From: Azolla caroliniana
Taxonomy: Eukaryota; Plantae; Polypodiophyta
Reading direction: 5' to 3'
Assembly (NCBI GenBank): GCA_043228905.1
Contig: JBHGNT010000020.1
Location: forward strand, 744,001-808,000
DNA length: 64,000 nt
Part shown: piece after piece, positions 49,240 through 63,158 of the stretch
Position numbering within the stretch: position 1 is the stretch's first letter
Layout: each line of letters begins with the position of its first letter
Notes under the pieces: generated by a model
What the model saw: the letters and a program-made list of their open reading frames with translations, nothing else
What the model was told of the DNA's origin: nothing
Database searches by the model: none
Translations under genes and position numbers: made by a program

Positions 49240-52200
49240 TTTAATGGCTCAAAATAACGACCCGATGTCATCCGCTCAAGCGAAAGGAACTCAAGGAAAT
49301 CCTCTTGGACAAATGTCCATTGAGATGTATTTTTCGCAAATAACCCAATACCTTAGTTTCACCGCTCAACAAATGACCGAAATTCGGCAATCTCAAAGTG
49401 CTCTCGAGGCACGTGTCATTAGTTTACAACGTGAGACTAATAGACCTGATGAGTGACAGGGTGAACCATCGTTTGTCGTTAAGCCATTTACGGGAGAAAA
49501 AAAGGAAAGAACCAAAGAACCAATCTGCACGTGGCTGGGCCGATGGGAGTCTCATTTTGAGCTCTATCCCATGCCAGATAGTACGAAGATTGCATATGTC
49601 GGCTGAGAACTAGGGGGTAAGGCCGCCGCCTGGTGGCGTGGGCTCCGAACTTTGGGGAAATTGCCACATACCTAGATAGATTTTGTCACAGTTTTTAAGG
49701 GCCAATTTCTGCAACCTCCCTCTCGAACCGAGGTAGCTCAAGCTTTAATGAACCTCTCTAGCAGGAAATTTTCTTTGCTAAAAGACTATGTCCACCATGC
49801 TAGAACCCAAATCCAAAAATCCGGTCTAGAAGGGGACAATTGGTTAATAGCTTGTTTTGTCAATGACATCCCCAATTCGGACTATCACTGGATAGTGCAC
49901 GATAAGGATTCAAAATCCTTCGAAGAGGATATTGAAATAGTTCTTCGCTATCAACGCACTTCGAAGAAGGATCACAACAAACCCAACGAAGCGCCTGGGA
50001 CGAAGCAGTCGCAATTTGCTGGGAAACGCAAGACACCCAACAAATTCATGGATCGTGATTGTAAGCAACAACATCCTTTTTGCGTATTCTGCAAAAAGAA
50101 GGGTCATACAAAAGAACAATGTCGAAAGCTCCAACGGAAAGAGCACGACAACAAAGCTAAAGTTGCAGACCATAAAGGTTAGATTCCTAATGTCCTTCAA
50201 GTCTATACACATCATTTAAGTAATTGTCAATGTTCTTTCCCTCACTATGTATTGGGTCCCAATGATTTACTACGTGCAAACGGGTATATTAATGGATCTC
50301 CCGTACAATTTTTGTTTGATTCGGGAAGCTCACACAACTTTGTGAATGATCGTTTGGTTCAAATATAGGGAATCCAACCCACCGTAAGTGATCACACCTA
50401 TACGGTGCACTTGGCTGATGGAAGAGTACAATACATCAACGGGGTGATTCATTCATTAGGAATTTCTATTGATACTTATATCAATGAAGTAGACTTCCAT
50501 GTAATGAATCTTTGTACCACTGATGTAATACTGGGTTATCCCTGGTTCTATAATAAAAACTCTTCTTTATCTATTAATTGGGTTCATCATTCAATAACAT
50601 TTGTACTGAACGATTGTACTCATTTTATTCAATGTGTAAAAAAACAATCCCTCTCCATCAATATCCGAGTTGTCTTGTTCTACTCTATTTTATTGTGTAC
50701 TTGATCCTGACATTCACGTTTACAATATCGATAATGTCTCGGTTCAATTAACATATTTTGAACAACAACTTGATGAAATCTTAAATTATTTTCGTGATGT
50801 TTTTCCGAGTGAACTACTAGATGGGTTACTTCCTAAACATAATATAGACCATCATATAGATATTGTACCTGGCGTTGCACCAATAAGTATACCTCCTTAT
50901 CGCTTAAGTTGATCCGAAGAGGATGAGGTATCTAAGCAACTCAAGGACTATTTACGAATGGGTTATATACGTTATAGTAAATCTCCATGGGGTGCACCAG
51001 TTCTCTTGGTTTAAAAGAAAGGGGGCACATGGCGTATGTGTATTAATTACCGACGCTTGAATAAAGTGACGATCAAGAATTCGTATTCATTGCCCCCGGG
51101 CTGACAATCTAATTGATTGTCTCTAGGGAGCTCGATATTTTACGAAACTTGATCTCCGTACTAGCTAGCATCAAATTCGTATAAGTGAGGACGATGTTCC
51201 TAAAACGGCATTTCGTACGCACTATGGCCATTATGAGTTTTTGGTTATGCCTTTTGGTTTGACCAATGCTCCGACTACATTTCAACAAGAAATGAATGAC
51301 ATTTTCTGAGAAAAACTTGGAAAATTTGTCGTTATTTTCTTGGATGATATTTTAGTTTATAGATGTACATTGCAAGAATATGTTAAACATGTCCGCTTTG
51401 TTTTACAAACATTGCATGACAAACAGTTTTATGCGAAGATCTCAAAATGTGAGTTCTTCAAGAAATCAATTACTTATCTTGGACATCTCATAACCGAACG
51501 AGGAGTTGAAATTGATCCTTCTCGCATCGAGAAAATCAAGCTTTGGCCCACTCTTCAGAATATTCGAGAAGTTCGATCATTCCTTGGTTTTGTCGGGTTT
51601 TTGCGAAAATCCCTTCGTAATTACTCCCAATTGACAACGTCGTTTACTGATCTTCTAAAAGGTCAAACGCGCAAGTCTACAAAACCTATTGTGTGGAATG
51701 CTACACTAGACCTTGTCTTTAAGGAACTCAAGGACTTGGTGTGCAAGGCTCCTTCACTTCTTTGACTTGATCCTTCAAAACCTTTTGAGGTTGAAACCGA
51801 TGCAAGCGATTATGCTATAGGTGTTGTCTTATATCAAGATGGTAAACCAATAACATTCAAGAGTAAGAAACATGATTCTCAATGTCGGTATACCGTTCAA
51901 GAAAAGGAATTATTTTCAGTTATGCATGCGCTCAAAACATGGCGCTATTATCTTTATGGAAATCACTTTGTGGTAACTACGGACCACGAGTCCTTGAAAT
52001 ATTTTTTTGGCCAACAAGACCTGAAAGGTCGTAAGGCACGATGGGTTGATCTCATCAAGGACTTTGATTTTTCCATACGATATCGTAAAGGTTCCATGAA
52101 CATTGTTGTTGATGCACCAAGTCGCATCCGTGAACTTAACATGCTTAGCTTCATTGAAATAACATCATATCTTTATGATCACCTTCGAGAAAAGTATCCT

Positions 52201-54028
52201 GATGACAGTTATTTTGCAAAATACTAGGCAAGAGTTGAGTCTGGAACAAACACCACCACATCCTCGAAGGAATACTTCCACATTGCTAATGATCTGCTCT
52301 TTTCGGTTTGTGTTCCAGATTTGCCTAAGGTCAAAAAGAGAATTCTTTTTTAATGCCATGATGCACCCTCAACAGGGAACCCTGGAATACATCGTACACT
52401 CATTCTCATCTCCACTCAATTCTATTGGCCTATTAGTTATGTGACTAAATGTCACCAATGTAATGTTAACAAAGTCGAGCGACTTAAAGCCGCGTGACTT
52501 TTACCTCCCTTGGACACTCCCAATAATTAGTGGGAAAGTATATCCATGGATTTTATTGTTAGCCTTCCTCGTACCCAAAAAGGCCATGATGCCATCTGGG
52601 TTGTGGTTGATAGACTAACTAAAATGGCCAGATTTATTGCCACAAAAACCACGGTAACAGCTCTTGAATTGGCTTACCAATTCGTGGACGAGTTATTTTG
52701 TTTTTATAGGTTACTGATGGATATCATGAGTGATCAAGATCCAAAGTTTACTAGTGACTTCTGGATGCAAGTCTTCAAGAAGTTAGAAACTACATTGAGC
52801 ATGAGCTCCACGGATCATCCTCAATCTGATGGACAAACAGAACGAGTAAATCAAATTATTGAGGATATGCTTCGAGCATATGTTGGTGCAAAACCAACAA
52901 AATGGGAACGTTATCTCCCAATTTTGGAGTTTGCTTATAACAGCTCCAAGCATACATCGACGGGATATAGTCATTTTATGTTGATGTATGGTTTTCAGCC
53001 ACGAGCCTCGATTGATGTTAATATACATCATGATGAGTTGCGAAGTACGCAAAACTTTCTTCGGGATATGCAAGATATGTTGCATATTGCACAAGATAAT
53101 ATAAAAACAGCTCAAGATAGAGCGCATTTTTATGCCGATCATCATAGGCAACCTCATGTATTCAACCCTGGACAGAAGGTATTTTTACGTGTACCTCACA
53201 ATTCTAAGACATTGTCTAAGGGTAAGTGCGCTAAGTTAGCCCCACGGTTTTGTGAACCTTTTACAGTCCTCAAACGCATTGGGTCATCAACCTACCGTCT
53301 CGCTCTTCCCGATGGTGTTGAAATTCAGCCCGTTTTTCATGCGAGTCGTCTAAAAGAACTTCTAGGTTCTGGCGATAATACAGTTACAACTGAAACACTG
53401 GTTACTTCTGAAGAATTATCTTCTAAACCACATGTTCAAGAAAGAATTCTCGATAAAATAAAATGGATGGATAAATCAATAAAAGATGCCACATGGGAAC
53501 GCGAAAATTCTCTCAGAACTAATTTCCCTAACTTTCCATTGCAAGAGTGGAATGTTTTAAAGAGGGGGGAGTATGTTACGGGCATGACCATATAATATCC
53601 CGTGGTGAGAATTTACCATAGTATTCTATACACGTGGATAAGTGTGAGCGTTAAACGAGAGTGTAAAGAAGGGGAGGATTACTTTTAATCCTCGGGATTG
53701 AGACAACCCATTAGGCCAAGTGTGAACTTGCCTGGAGGCCTTGGGTATCGCTATAAATAAGAGGCCTAGCTACCCTCATTTCATCATCTTGTTGACTACG
53801 TCGAGACTCTATCCTGTGGTGGGTCAACTCTTGTCGCGAGCGCACCAGCACTAGGTACGACTCGACGCCACGACGGTGGTATGGGACACCGATCGAGGCT
53901 CAAGTCCGTCTCGATCCCTTCGCTCGGGAGTGGTCGGGTGGATCGGCACCCTTCTTTCTCTCTCTCCTTTTTATCTAGATCTATCTTTTATCCTTATTTT
54001 ATGCTTACATTAGTTCATGTCTCTAATA
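49240..54028 (+). mobile_element. 5'-truncated Ty3/Gypsy chromovirus (Tekay/Reina-like), decayed gag-pol plus 3' LTR 53574-54028
   Basis: CVFCKKKGHTKEQC, LFDSGSSHNF, FLDDILVY, ETDASDYAIG, MDFIVSLPRT, DHPQSDGQTER and a degenerate chromodomain (KW...DATWE). PPT AAAGAGGGGGGAG precedes TGTTACG. Confidence 0.9.
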
Positions 54029-56122
54029 ATGAACTTCGCATCTTGGGAATACAAGATGCATCAATACCTTGTCAGACAAGGTTACTGGAGCTACATTGAA
54101 GGAGCTCACGAAACTCAACCCAACCCAACACATGCCGACTATCCCGCTTGGGAGCAGGCCGCAAGCCGTGTGTTGTATTCCCTTGCATCATGCGTTCATG
54201 ATCATATGCTTGGCTATATTCGAGATTCGAGAACACCAAAAGAAGCTTGGGGAAACCTCAAGAAGATTTTTCTGGCCAACACGGCTGCACGAAAGCTCTA
54301 ACTTCGACAGTAGCTAAACAACATGCAACAAAGGGACATGTCGATCACAGGCTATACCTTAAAGATCAAGGAGTTGTGTGATGCCCTCGGTTCTAATAAT
54401 GTCGTAATCGACGATGACGAGATGATGCCAATATGCCTCGGCTTAACACCCCGATTTGGCTCGATTAGATCGGTCATCCTTGCAAGGGAGAACCCTCCTT
54501 CATTTTTTGGTCTCCAATCAATATTGTTGGTTGAGGAAAATCACGCCCGACAAAGGAGCAACGCACCAGAGGGTCATATGCTCTACTCCCAATCGGATGA
54601 TAGAAGAAATTTCGGCCGTGGAAATAGAGGTTGAATCGAACAAGGCCGTAATGGTCAGCAGTCCCAAGATCGTAACTCCACCAATGGCAAGCGGACAGGA
54701 ACGGTCCCAAAGAGTTCGGCAGAAGGGGGAGTCATCACACCGGACCAAGCAATCGTAATACCCCGATCAAATGCGGGTACTATGGAAAACATGGCCAATA
54801 TGAAAAGGAGTGCCAAAAAAAGGTACGAGACTTGGCTTCAAGGTACGAGACTCGACTTCAACTAGCCGACATCTCACGAACTACGCATTGAATTCCGACT
54901 ACGACAATCGTAGCGGAATGATCACGAGTTACGCATCGAATTTCGACTACGACGATCGTAGCGGAATGTTCACAAATTACGCCACGAGTTTCGACTACGG
55001 CAATCGTGGCGAAAGGTTTGTAATGAGGAACGAAGCACACTTGATGTCAACACAGGCCTCAACTAGTGCCTCCGCCTCAAATAACGTATGGTTTGTTGAC
55101 TCGGGAGCATCCAACCACATGACGTCTCATGAAGATTGTTTTCGGGAATTACGAAAACCCGAACAACCTGGATATGTCGAGACGGGCGATGATACGACTC
55201 ATCCAATACAGCATATCGGGAATGTCCCATTCGGAAACAATGACAAACAAACCTATCTCAAGAACGTATTGCATGTCCCTACCATCACGAAAAACCTGGT
55301 CTCGGTCAGCCAGATTGTCGAACAAGGAATGCAGGTACAATTCAACAATGATGGGTGCTTTATCGAAAGAGGAGATCAAGTCGTAGCTCACGGTCTTCGT
55401 GAAGGCCATATGTTTGTCCTCAAATCGAACAAGGTAAAATCGGACATGTTTGCAAAGGGCCTCAAAGTCAAAACCGACCTCAAGTTGTGGCACAAGAGAA
55501 TTGGTCACATCAATCTCCAAAAGCTTCAGAACATGCAATAAAAAGGAGTCATAATTGGACTCCCGAACTTTACCGCGGAGGAGATTACAGGCGTATGCAA
55601 AGCGTGCCAGTTTGGAAAGCAACGCCGACATCCATTCCCGAAAGAGTGGAATGTGAGCAAAGGGATCCTGGATGTTGCACATTTAGATGTATGGGGACCG
55701 GCCCAGATAAACACACTCGGCGGATGCCAATATAACGTCATGTTCATCGACGACTTCTCCAGGCACACCTGGATCTACCTGGTAAGACAGAAGAGCGAAG
55801 TGTTCGGACACTTCCAGAGGTTCAAGGCCGAAGTCGAAAAAACTACGGGTCGGCACGTACACTGCCTTCGATCGGATGGAGGCAAAGAATACTTTTTGGA
55901 TGAATTTATGGCGTATCTACGAAAGGAAGGAATCCGACGAGAATTCTCATGTTGTCACACACCTCAGCAGAACAACGTAGCTGAGCGTAAAAACCGGCAC
56001 ATAGTAGAAGTCGCACGGGCTATGATGAATGAGAAGAACCTACCAAAATCGTATTGGGCAGAAGCGGCGAACACGGCCATATACCTCATGAATAGGTGCA
56101 CAAGCTCGGGAGTACACGACGT
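54029..56122 (+). mobile_element. Copia gag-protease-integrase fragment
   Basis: NFASWEYKM, WFVDSGASNHMT, LWHKRIGH, HLDVWGP, LRSDGGKEY and TPQQNNVAERKNR. Cut at 56122 by the next element. Confidence 0.9.
54878..55010 (+). repeat. Three ~39-bp tandem repeats inside Copia gag
   Basis: N/SYA.NFDY.DRSGM peptide repeat (ACTACGACRATCGTAGCGGAATG). Confidence 0.8.
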
Positions 56123-59100
56123 TGTCGTGAAGTACGAAAGCTTCACATTAAAAGTCTACAATAAGATAAATACGTAACTAAAATAACATTTGATCATGTT
56201 TTATATATAAAGATAATATTAACAACACATATGATAATATTATATATATGTAAAGAAATATATATATATATAAATATATTATATTACACGAACAAGAGAG
56301 GACTTGAACCAATAACCCCACCCTATGACTCTCAAATCTTACCATTTATTCTATACTAGTAATATACAAATAATAAACCATACTTTATATATACTTTATA
56401 TTACATAAAGGATTTGCTTCATGATATAAAAATAAAGTTGTATGTTGTATTCAATAGTATTTTCAGACTCAAACCCACAACCTCATACACCAAAGTCAAC
56501 ACACTTACCATTAGGCTAGGCCCTTTCTCTTTAAGATTATATTTTCATGTTTATTGTTATTGCATATATTGTTTCATACATAAAAGCTCAAATGAGCGAG
56601 ATGTTTATCATGCATCACATGTAATGCATGAACGCCAAATGGCAATCATGCATCACATGCATTTCATGCACTACATGCATGACTTGTACCCTCCAATGCA
56701 TCATATGCATGGGGGCACCTATTTAAATGGTGAAAGAGAAGATCAAAGGGAGATATGTATGAGATATCAATCAAATATATATTACATAAGAGATACCATA
56801 AAATAGAGAAAGAAAGGAAGAAGTTCAAGATAAAGGTGGAGCTCTAGCTTGGCGGTCGTGGTGGTCAACTCTCAACAAGAGGGAGGTGGTTCGAGCCTTA
56901 TCTTCATCAAAATATTGAAGTGAAGATTGTAGTGGTCTACGATCAAGAAAGAGAAGAGCGATTACCTTGCAAGACAAAGTTCTGAGGTTCAACGACGTGC
57001 ACAATCATTTTGTAACTCTTTCATGAAAATGATTACAAATTTCATACACTTTCTCATATATTATTTTATATCTTATCTTGTCTTATCTTATATTCCTTAA
57101 AAATCCTATTTTGTCATATCTTATTGATCTCTATTCACTTTATCTCTACTCTTTCGTCTCTTCCGTCCATAATCCCTATGATTCCTTCCTCACTTTCACG
57201 TTATCCTTTGTGTGCGCAACGCTACGCTTCTAAGCGAGCCACGTCACGACACAATTTGGTGAACCCGACGTGAAACGGGGAAGTAGAAGAGACATCGAAA
57301 GTAAAGATCAACATCAATATGGCAAGTACAAGTACAATGGATCCGGTAAGGTTATTTATTGAAAAATTGAATCAAGATCAATTATTTCATGCCTTACGAG
57401 AAGTCTGAGAGAAGATTGGTGTGTTTGATGGCACAAATATCTCAAAGTATGTCAATATATATTATGATGAAATGGAAATGTTTGGTGTGAATGATGTCAA
57501 TATGATAGCAAACTTTTATAAATTAGTAGAAATGGAATTAAGAGATAGAATTCGTGAAATACAAGCATTGCATAGTTTGGATTGGAATGCATTCAAAGAA
57601 GCACTTGTGTCTGAATATTCTCGTGAAGATTTCTCTCGAGTTACTATGCGTTCATTTCATGAATGGATCTTAAAAGAAGATAAAGGGTTATCTGTGGCTG
57701 ACACAAAAAAAGAGTTTGATAGGATGTATGGACACTTAAAGCCAGAAGAAAGAAATTCTTTGTCTTGGCAAAAGGTTGCTTTATTTTTGCAGGCAGTTGA
57801 CAAGAGATATAGAAAAGAATTGGAATTTATGCTTGAAGTACCAAATACCGAGGATGGTATAACTGCAGATTGGAATGAGGTAACAAATGCTTGTAATAAA
57901 TTTATGAAAAGAATGCAAAGGAATGGTGTAATGTTGCAAATACCACATGTGGGAATCACAAATCGGCTTGAGCAAAACATCGAAGTTCAAAGACTTGGTC
58001 GAGAACCATCACACGAAATGGTCCATCAACCATGAGAAATGACGGGAACTAAGAGTGAGTTTTTGCTTGATGATTTAGTTCAAAGTATGAAAGATCTAGC
58101 AATTAAAGTGGCAAAGCTTGAGAATGGTCAGACTTTGAGGTCAAGGGAACCATTTCGACCTCGATGCATGTGGTGTGATAGTCTCGACCATCGTCTACGT
58201 GATTGTGAAGAATATAAAGACATGGAAAATCGGGACTTGGTCTATTGGAAAAATGGTAACATTTACTTAACTGAAACTAGAACTCCGCTTACAAAGAACT
58301 TTGGTGATGGTGGTGTTAAGGTTAAATTTGAAGAAGCTGAAGCAAAGAAGGCTTCCGCAATGTATTACTCGGCAACGGCAGGAATGCGCCTCGATGACAT
58401 GCCATCCCGATCATCATTCTGGGAGAAGGTTGTAAGTACCACACAAAAGCAAAAGATGAAGATGGAAGACCTTCATGTTGCCGGAGATTCTGTAAGGAAA
58501 AACACTGGATGGGATGTTCCAGTAGATGCTATGACGGTCTATGCTCAGATGGCAGAACACCAAGAGCATGAGGTGATCGTGGAAGAAAAAAGGAAAAGGC
58601 CGGATGATGAGATTGGCTCAACAAAAAAGCATGAGACAAGAGACAACAAAAGAAAAGAGATGGACGCAAAGGTCGAAAAAGGTAAATCTGGTCCTTCATT
58701 CAAATTAATGTCTGATATTGAAAAGGATACAGATTTAAAGAAAGTTTTAGAAACAAGAATACTAGACAGTCGAGTAGAATTTACACTAAGAGAAGTGTTA
58801 GGTATTGCAAAAAAGGAATTTCATGATGAAATAATTGATATTGTGCGAAGAAAGAAGCATGTAAATGAGCAGGTTAAAGAGACAAATCCGAAGGTGGCAT
58901 ATGAAGTGGTGAGCAACGAGTCAAACAATATCATTGTTGACTCTCAACATGCATCAACCTCAATGATAAATTCAACAGATGTAAGAAGCCATTACTCTCG
59001 CAAATGTTGGGCAAGAGCCACTACTGAGCATCATGTGAAGATTGGAAATGTTCCAGACCCCGTGATGGCACTTATTGATCATGGTTCTGAAATAAATATA

Positions 59101-62100
59101 ATGAGTGTTGATTTTTACAAGAAAGGTAGATGGCCAATTGATACTCAACATGGTTGGCGAGTAAAAGCTGCCACATCAGTCACGGAAGATTTATTTGGTG
59201 CATGCCCAAATGTAAAGGTTACTATTGGTGATATAGAGGTAGATCAACATTTCTTTGTGCAGGAAGGATCTACCTATCCAATAATCTTGGGGCAACCATA
59301 CATTACAGCGGTACGAATGGAGACCAAAGTCCTCGACAATGGTTCTGCCTATGCGAAAATCTGTAGCCAAGATTGACGACGAACTGTACAATTTATGACA
59401 ATTCGCCCAAATCATGAGAGGAACAAGCAAGAGCTTCGTGATCATTCAATACCAAAAGACTATGATGATTTTGATAATCAGGTTTTTTACTAGGACTGTT
59501 GCGAGTGAGGGTTGCAATAGTCCCATTATTAAAAGACCCTCATATAGGGCATTACAACATATGAATAAGTCATTTCATGTTTCTGAAAGTGGTGCTATAT
59601 GTGTGACTAGGATGTATGAATGCAAGAGGAACTTGAAAAAGAATGCTAATCTGTTTCAGCAGGCATTGAAGGATAATGGAGTACTTGAAATGGAAGAGCA
59701 GATTGAAAGTGTTATGGAAGAAATTTCTTCTGCAAATACTTTAGAAGAGTTAGAAATGTATTTGAAAGAAGATGATGAGAATGTTAGAAAGATACATGTA
59801 AACTCAATTGATATGTATTATGAGATTGATAGGTATAATTGTAAATATGAAGAAGTAGAAAGTTTATGTAATACAAAATACAAAACAATAGATAAAAAGG
59901 TCAAACCTGCTGCAGTACCATTACTTATTGGTAGTGAAGAGAAGATGGAGGCAGCAACAACCAAGCCTATGCTTCGACCAATAGAGAAGATCGGACATCA
60001 CTTCACTTTGAAGACAATAAATAACTTGAGAATCGGAAGGGGTGAATTTCTTCTGCAATCAGAGATCGTGACTTTCAAAGAAATGATCTTTAGGCATGGG
60101 AAAGCGTTCGCATTCAAAGCTGAGGAGATTGGTTGTGTAAATCCAAAGGTGGTGACGCCAATGGTAATATTTACTATCCCTCATATTCCTTGGAATTTTA
60201 AACCTATTGTAGTACCGAGAGCTCGATTACCTCAATTGTTGGAGTTGTTGAAGGATAAAGTCAAGATGAAGATTTTAGAGCCTTCAAATGCACCATACTC
60301 CAATAGATGGTTCACAGTTCCAAAGAAAGGTGGTTCTCTAAGATTCATTCAAGATCTACAACCAGTCAACAAAGTCACAATCCGAAATGCGGGAATCGGA
60401 CCGATCGTTGATGAATTTGCGGAAGCGTTTACTGGAAGAGCGATCTACTCTATGGGAGACCTATATTCAGGATACGGCCAATTTCAACTAGCAATTGATA
60501 GTCGCAACATCACAACAATGAAAACACCAATTGGGTTGGTTCGAATGTGCACTCTACCTCAAGGTGCGACGAATTCGGTTGCTCATATGATGAATGCAAT
60601 GAACAAAGTTCTACATGAATACATCCCAAAGTTAACTATGCCATTTTTAGATGATATTCCTATTAAGGGATGCTTAGAAAGAGAGAAAGATGAGACTATG
60701 GTTGGAAATGGTTGCAGAAAGTTTGTGATGGATCACATTAATGACTGTGAAAGTATTTTAAATAAGCTTGAGCAGGTACATTTGACACTATCAGGAACAA
60801 AGTCTTGCTTTGGGCAAAACGAAGTTCTAATAGTTGGTCATATGTGTGGGTGGTATGGGAGGAAGCCTTCACCGATCAAAATTAACGCAATACAAAATAT
60901 GAAGGAAGTTTGCGACTCGGTAACAGAGGTGAGAAGATTTTTGGGTGCATGTGTGTTTTATCATATTTGGTTACCACACTTTGCACATGTCTCAAATCCT
61001 CTCTACCAACTTTTAAGAAAAGGAAAGAAGTTTATTTGGACTGATGAACATACACAAGTTGTTCAACAGCTGAAAGAAGCATTACTGAAAGCACCAGTTC
61101 TTCGTCAACCAGACTACAAAGGTGAAAGACCAATTATAGTAAGAGTTGATACTAGCCCAATCGGGATCGGTTGGGTTATCAACCAAGAAGATGAAGACCA
61201 ACATTGATATGCTATCAGATTTGGAGCAAAGATATTAAATGAAAGACAAAGAAACTATGCACAAGTTAAACGAGAATTGTGGGGTTTGCTTACAGCATTA
61301 AAAACAAATAGAGATTACTTGATCGGAGCAGATGAAGTGGTTGAAACAGATTGTTTGCCACTCATTGGAATGATAGCAAGTTGCACAACACTAGATATTG
61401 CAATGCTTCGGTGGATTGCATACATCAGAACCATGAACCCAGAATTGCGGCATATAAAGGGAAAAGACAACCCAGTTGCAGATATGCTGTCAAGGGCAAG
61501 GTTCATAAATGAAAAGGTGATGCAAACTGAAGATAAGAACTGGGCAACTACAAGCCATCAATTTGCTCATCAAGAATCTATTACGCCTCGTGATGAGTTT
61601 AATGTAAGTATAATGTTCAAAGACACAGAGTATGAAGGTCAATGGTTAGAAATAGGAAATTTTCTAAAGACTCAAGAAGCCAACCCATCATGGTCGAAGA
61701 AACAATTAAATGAATTTCGAAGACGAGCATTCAAGTTTTTTTTACATGAAGGGCATTTATGGAGGCGTCCAAAAAGGCCAACCGAAAATCCTCTTCGAGT
61801 CATTTGTAAGGATGACATTAAGAGAAAATTAATTAATGAATTCCATGATAGTTTGTGGGCAGGACATAGAGGCATATGGGCGACATTTATGAAGTTGAAA
61901 GAAAAGTATTGGTGGCCACATATGTATAAAGATGTAACGAAATTTGTGGAAACCTGTGAGGTTTGCCAGAGGTATTCAACTATCCGGTATCTAGATGAGC
62001 TAAAACCAACATATTCATCATCAATGCATTATAAATGGATGGTCGATCTAGTGACAATGCCACTTGGGGAAGGTCAAATGCGATATTTAGTACTAGCAAG

Positions 62101-62170
62101 AGAAGACCTTACAAACCAAGTAGAAGGAAGACCACTACGACAAAAAAAACAACTAGAGCTATATGTAAAT
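56123..62170 (+). mobile_element. Second tRNA-Trp-primed Gypsy family, 3'-truncated in integrase
   Basis: 5' LTR 56123-57251 (TGTCGTG...CACGACA) and PBS TGGTGAACCCGACGTGAA at 57257-57274. Gag-PR about 57319-59493 (CMWCDSLDHRLRDC, LIDHGSEIN) and pol 59414-62170 are homologous to 36702-42390. Preceded by ACGT. Confidence 0.92.
56296..56522 (-). promoter_or_regulatory. Two tandem tRNA-like A/B-box modules in LTR U3
   Basis: Minus strand TAGCCTAATGG (56518-56508) with GGTTTGAGTCT (56475-56465), and TAGAATAAATGG (56353-56342) with GGTTCAAGTCC (56310-56300). Confidence 0.7.
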
Positions 62171-62556
62171 TTTTGGGCATGTCCCTGTTTTGCAGGCTTC
62201 TCTACCTATCCCTTCATCTATTGGAGTCACCTTCTGTGACTAGGGCCTTATGATAAAAAATGGACTCTTTGTCCTTTTAGCGAGCTTCTTCCATTAGCAA
62301 GCTCGACTTCACCATTCTAGAGATAGTTGTTTTCCTTGTGGTGTTGAGTTACCCAAGGTCACCACAAGTGTCTCCCAACTGTCTGTAAGGGATCCTCGTA
62401 ACAACAATGCCAACACCTCGTTAACCAGAGGTACTTCTAAAGAGGTGGTCTAATTTATGAGTCTATGGAAGGTGTTCAAGTGCTCAGCCATGCTTGAGCC
62501 ATCCTGATATCTCAATCTCACTATCTTCCTTAAGACCAAGACTCTATTTACCGCAT
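62171..62556 (-). pseudogene. Copia gag fragment
   Basis: Minus strand reads NRVLVLRKIVRLRYQDGSSMAEHLNTF...LLLRGSLTDSWETLVVTL. Confidence 0.8.
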
Positions 62557-63083
62557 TGTCGTGGAGGATTCTGATCACTAGGAGAAAGGTCCATCAGGTG
62601 CGTGTGAACACAGGGTGTGCATCTATGTACATAAACTCAATCTAATGTATAAAACAATTGTAGATAACATAGGACTAATAAGTACAAAACCGGATAGCTT
62701 TTAATATGTACTTTATGATCCCACAAAAAGAGGGGAATGATAGCATCTTATGGCAAAGAATCGTTGGGAGAATCTCTGATAGAAGTGGTTGTCATAACTA
62801 TTGATGCAACGGTCTCTCCTTGAGATATAAAAGGATAGCATGGAGATGAAAATGCGGGGATCAGTCGTTTTAAAGGGGAAGGTGCTATCGGATTGCGTCA
62901 GGAAGTACTGTAGGTTTCCTGTTTCTGCTTAATCAATTAGGCGGTGTAAGGCCTCTACTAGCGTAGGAAGCCTGTGTGCTCTCGACCAAAGGCCCGCCGG
63001 TCCGTGGGTCTGTTGAGCTCGAAGCTCCATTTTTTGGCCTAAGGCCATCATTGTATTCGTTCTCTCTATCTAATTATTGAGTC

Positions 63084-63158
<75 letters not shown>

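Noticed and set aside
53700-53725. A-box-like TGGCCTAATGG (minus strand) in the chromovirus LTR
   Set aside because: No B-box at a suitable distance.
56844-56900. Sense-strand A/B-box-like pair (TAGCTTGGCGG...GGTTCGAGCC) downstream of the TATA in LTR 56123
   Set aside because: The A-box is imperfect and there is no tRNA-like context, so it may be chance. Not counted.
62553-62563. GCAT-TGTCGTG junction as another CpG-target insertion
   Set aside because: The downstream sequence leads to Copia gag and the LTR ends and TSD cannot be fixed.
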